Shown: positions 62,429-64,000 of the stretch, one piece after another
Layout of the letters: every line of letters begins with the position of its first letter
Position numbering within the stretch: position 1 is the stretch's first letter
Assembly: GCA_021811735.1 (NCBI GenBank)
Contig: JAJZNK010000025.1
Coordinates: forward strand, 69,400-133,399
Length of the DNA: 64,000 nucleotides
Reading direction: 5' to 3'
From: Nanobdellota archaeon
Lineage (GTDB): Archaea; Nanobdellota; Nanobdellia; Parvarchaeales; Parvarchaeaceae
Program-made: the position numbers and the translations under genes
Notes under the pieces: model-generated
What the model saw: only the letters and a program-made list of their open reading frames with translations
Databases searched by the model: none
What the model was told of the DNA's origin: nothing

Positions 62429-62529
62429 TTTTTTGCTTATATTAATTATATTATAAATACTTGCGGTTAATAAAGATGATACAGATACTGAGAAGTCTTT
62501 TTATTTGAAAGTTAACTCTAAACTATAAT

Positions 62530-62612
62530 GCAGAGGTAGCGAAGCGGTCAAACGTGTAAGGCTAAGGACCTTATGGCTCAGGCCTTCGAGGGTTCAAATC
62601 CCTCCCTCTGCA
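62530..62612 (+). tRNA. tRNA-Leu paralogue; the anticodon loop reads CTAAGGA, giving an apparent AAG anticodon (unusual A34)
   Basis: Acceptor GCAGAGG/CCTCTGC (compensatory changes relative to the Leu-UAG gene at 36372), stem TAAGG/CCTTA, loop C-T-A-A-G-G-A, T-loop TTCAAAT. Confidence 0.6.
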
Positions 62613-62715
62613 GTTTTATTGCTATTCTATTAAAGCAATAGACCCTATACAGAACCGGCAAAGTAATGTTTGAATACAAAAGTATAAATACTAAGCAAAT
62701 TTATAGAATAGAATT

Positions 62716-63009
62716 ATGTCGATAACCGGTAATGGTCTTCACAAGCGTTCTAGGAAGCGCTTAAGACTTGATGTAAGTGAAAGAGGGAAGATTGATATAA
62801 AAAAGGCCCTTCAGTTGTTTGAGGTTGGAGACAAGGTTGTAGTTGATCCGGATTCAAGGGTGCAGAAAAATCTACCTCAGAGAAGTTTTTTTGGTTCGGT
62901 TGGAGTAGTGTTGCAAAAAAAGGGGAAGGCATATACTGTCGAAGTAAAACAACAGGGTAAAAGTCCTAAAAAAATAGACCTACTACCCGTTCACATGAAG
63001 AGGCTATAA
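62716..63009 (+). CDS. rpl21e: 50S ribosomal protein L21e
   Basis: GNGLHKRSRKRLRLDVSERGKIDIKKALQLFEVGDKVVVDPDS... fits L21e; 97 aa. Confidence 0.8.
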   Translation: MSITGNGLHKRSRKRLRLDVSERGKIDIKKALQLFEVGDKVVVDPDSRVQKNLPQRSFFGSVGVVLQKKGKAYTVEVKQQGKSPKKIDLLPVHMKRL

Positions 63010-63013
63010 ACAA

Positions 63014-63337
63014 ATGGAATATGAAGTTATAGACGAGAAGTTTTTGAATGAAACGGAAGTAAGGGATAATTATGCTGATTTTATAGATAATGGGATTGAG
63101 CATGGCAAAAAACTGCTAGAGCATATACAAAAGAATGTAAAAATAGATAATTTCGAGAAAACTTTTGAGGAGTTGTCCGCATTAAATCTTAATATAAGGG
63201 ATGACTATTTGAGAATGATAATTGATGTTTCACCGTCTTCCACTGACCAAGTTAGGGCAATAATAGCACCTTTGAAATTGAACATAAAAGAAGAAGACTT
63301 AAAATCGATAGTTTCTGTGCTAAAAAAGCATTTATAA
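63014..63337 (+). CDS. rpoF: DNA-directed RNA polymerase subunit F (Rpo4)
   Basis: 107 aa; position between rpl21e and DUF655 matches the conserved archaeal L21e-rpoF-DUF655 order; helical HRDC-like pattern. Confidence 0.5.
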   Translation: MEYEVIDEKFLNETEVRDNYADFIDNGIEHGKKLLEHIQKNVKIDNFEKTFEELSALNLNIRDDYLRMIIDVSPSSTDQVRAIIAPLKLNIKEEDLKSIVSVLKKHL

Positions 63338-63359
63338 CTCTGGAGCAATCCTTTATAAT

Positions 63360-63890
63360 ATGGGAAAAGATGAATACGCATATGTTTTAGAGTACCTTCC
63401 TTTTGGATTGTCGGATTCAAAGGATAGAAAGGCTGCAGCAGTAATACTAACTGATTCTCTAGGTCTCTTATTAGTAGCACTTAAAAAAGATGTAAAAGTT
63501 GAAGTTGGATTAAAGGTTTACATTGGCGAAAACAAGAGAGAAGAAGTTCACCACATAATCCAGAGAATAACTCCTGACAAGTTGAGTGGTAATGGGATGA
63601 TTTCATTGAGTGAGAGGATATCAGTTATAGTTGGAGAGAACGAGGAAAAATATATCGATATAATAAACAAGCTAGGCTCAATAAACGTACGTCTTCATTC
63701 TCTTAGCCTTATCCCTGGTGTCGGAAAGAAAATGGTCCAAAAAATCTTGGAAGAGCGAAATAAGGGCCCATTTAAGTCATATTCTGATTTTGACAGCAGA
63801 GTAGGGTTTACCTCTGGAATATCTAAAAGCATAGAGGATAGGATAGAGGAAGAGCTTGCAGGAAGTGACAAGTATAGGATATTTACTTAA
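63360..63890 (+). CDS. DUF655 (COG1491) predicted RNA-binding protein
   Basis: N-terminal EYAYVLEYLPFG signature; C-terminal HhH-like LIPGVGKKMVQKILEER. Confidence 0.6.
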   Translation: MGKDEYAYVLEYLPFGLSDSKDRKAAAVILTDSLGLLLVALKKDVKVEVGLKVYIGENKREEVHHIIQRITPDKLSGNGMISLSERISVIVGENEEKYIDIINKLGSINVRLHSLSLIPGVGKKMVQKILEERNKGPFKSYSDFDSRVGFTSGISKSIEDRIEEELAGSDKYRIFT

Positions 63891-63891
63891 A

Positions 63892-64000
63892 GGGGTTGTA
63901 GTCTAACCAGGCAGAATCAGCGGCTCCAGCTTGACTGGAAAAATGACGTTAAGGATGATTAAGAAGAAACCGCTTGATCCAGGTTCAAATCCTGGCAACC
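63892..64000 (+). tRNA. tRNA-Trp (anticodon CCA) with a 39-nt intron after position 37; the 3' end is cut by the window edge
   Basis: Acceptor GGGGTTG/CAACC.., anticodon stem AGCGG/CCGCT, loop CTCCAG|intron 63930-63968|A, T-arm CCAGG-TTCAAAT-CCTGG. Intron CUUGACUGG pairs with the loop CCAG. The intron contains UGAUU/UGAC/UGA box-C/D-like fragments. Confidence 0.6.

Overview
The window is an AT-rich (about 36% GC) archaeal chromosomal segment. The archaeal assignment rests on three intron-containing tRNAs, a group II chaperonin (thermosome), the Lsm-L37e pair, PCNA, TFE, aEF-1beta, Cbf5, Hel308, AglB, SAMP-NcsA and archaeal Pth2. The gene content suggests a Thermoplasmata-like euryarchaeon, but that is inference only. 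I can support about 85 genes: six tRNA-synthetase loci (trpS, a class II lysS, valS, pheS/pheT, serS), nine tRNA genes (Ile, Arg and Trp carry anticodon-loop introns), ribosomal proteins (L37e, S2, L40e, L21e), replication/recombination genes (Hel308, PCNA, an OB-fold protein, a PD-(D/E)xK nuclease), a SepF-like protein, and an N-glycosylation cluster (flippase, cupin PGI, AglB). Most of the window is housekeeping. The unusual material is listed in the findings: (1) cbf5 carries a single in-frame TGA inside its catalytic motif, although TGA is an ordinary stop elsewhere in the window. (2) A roughly 3-kb cargo element at 6426-9447 is bounded by 13-bp direct repeats and perfect 15-bp terminal inverted repeats; it carries DUF3800, a decayed IS5-type transposase, an HNH fragment and a frameshifted vsr. 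(3) Immediately next to it, just upstream of an intron-containing tRNA-Ile, is an uncharacterised operon of an RHH protein, a PAPS-reductase-like PP-loop enzyme lacking the CysH catalytic Cys, and an unknown protein; the first two proteins share a C-terminal ...KLRxxGYM motif. (4) Other oddities are 21-bp tandem repeats, N-terminal charged extensions on AglB and TFE, a ValRS with HLGAA in place of HxGH, a tRNA-Leu with an apparent AAG anticodon, a large tandem calcineurin-like phosphoesterase, and a eukaryote-type (GT3) glycogen synthase fragment at the window edge. No CRISPR array or rRNA was seen.
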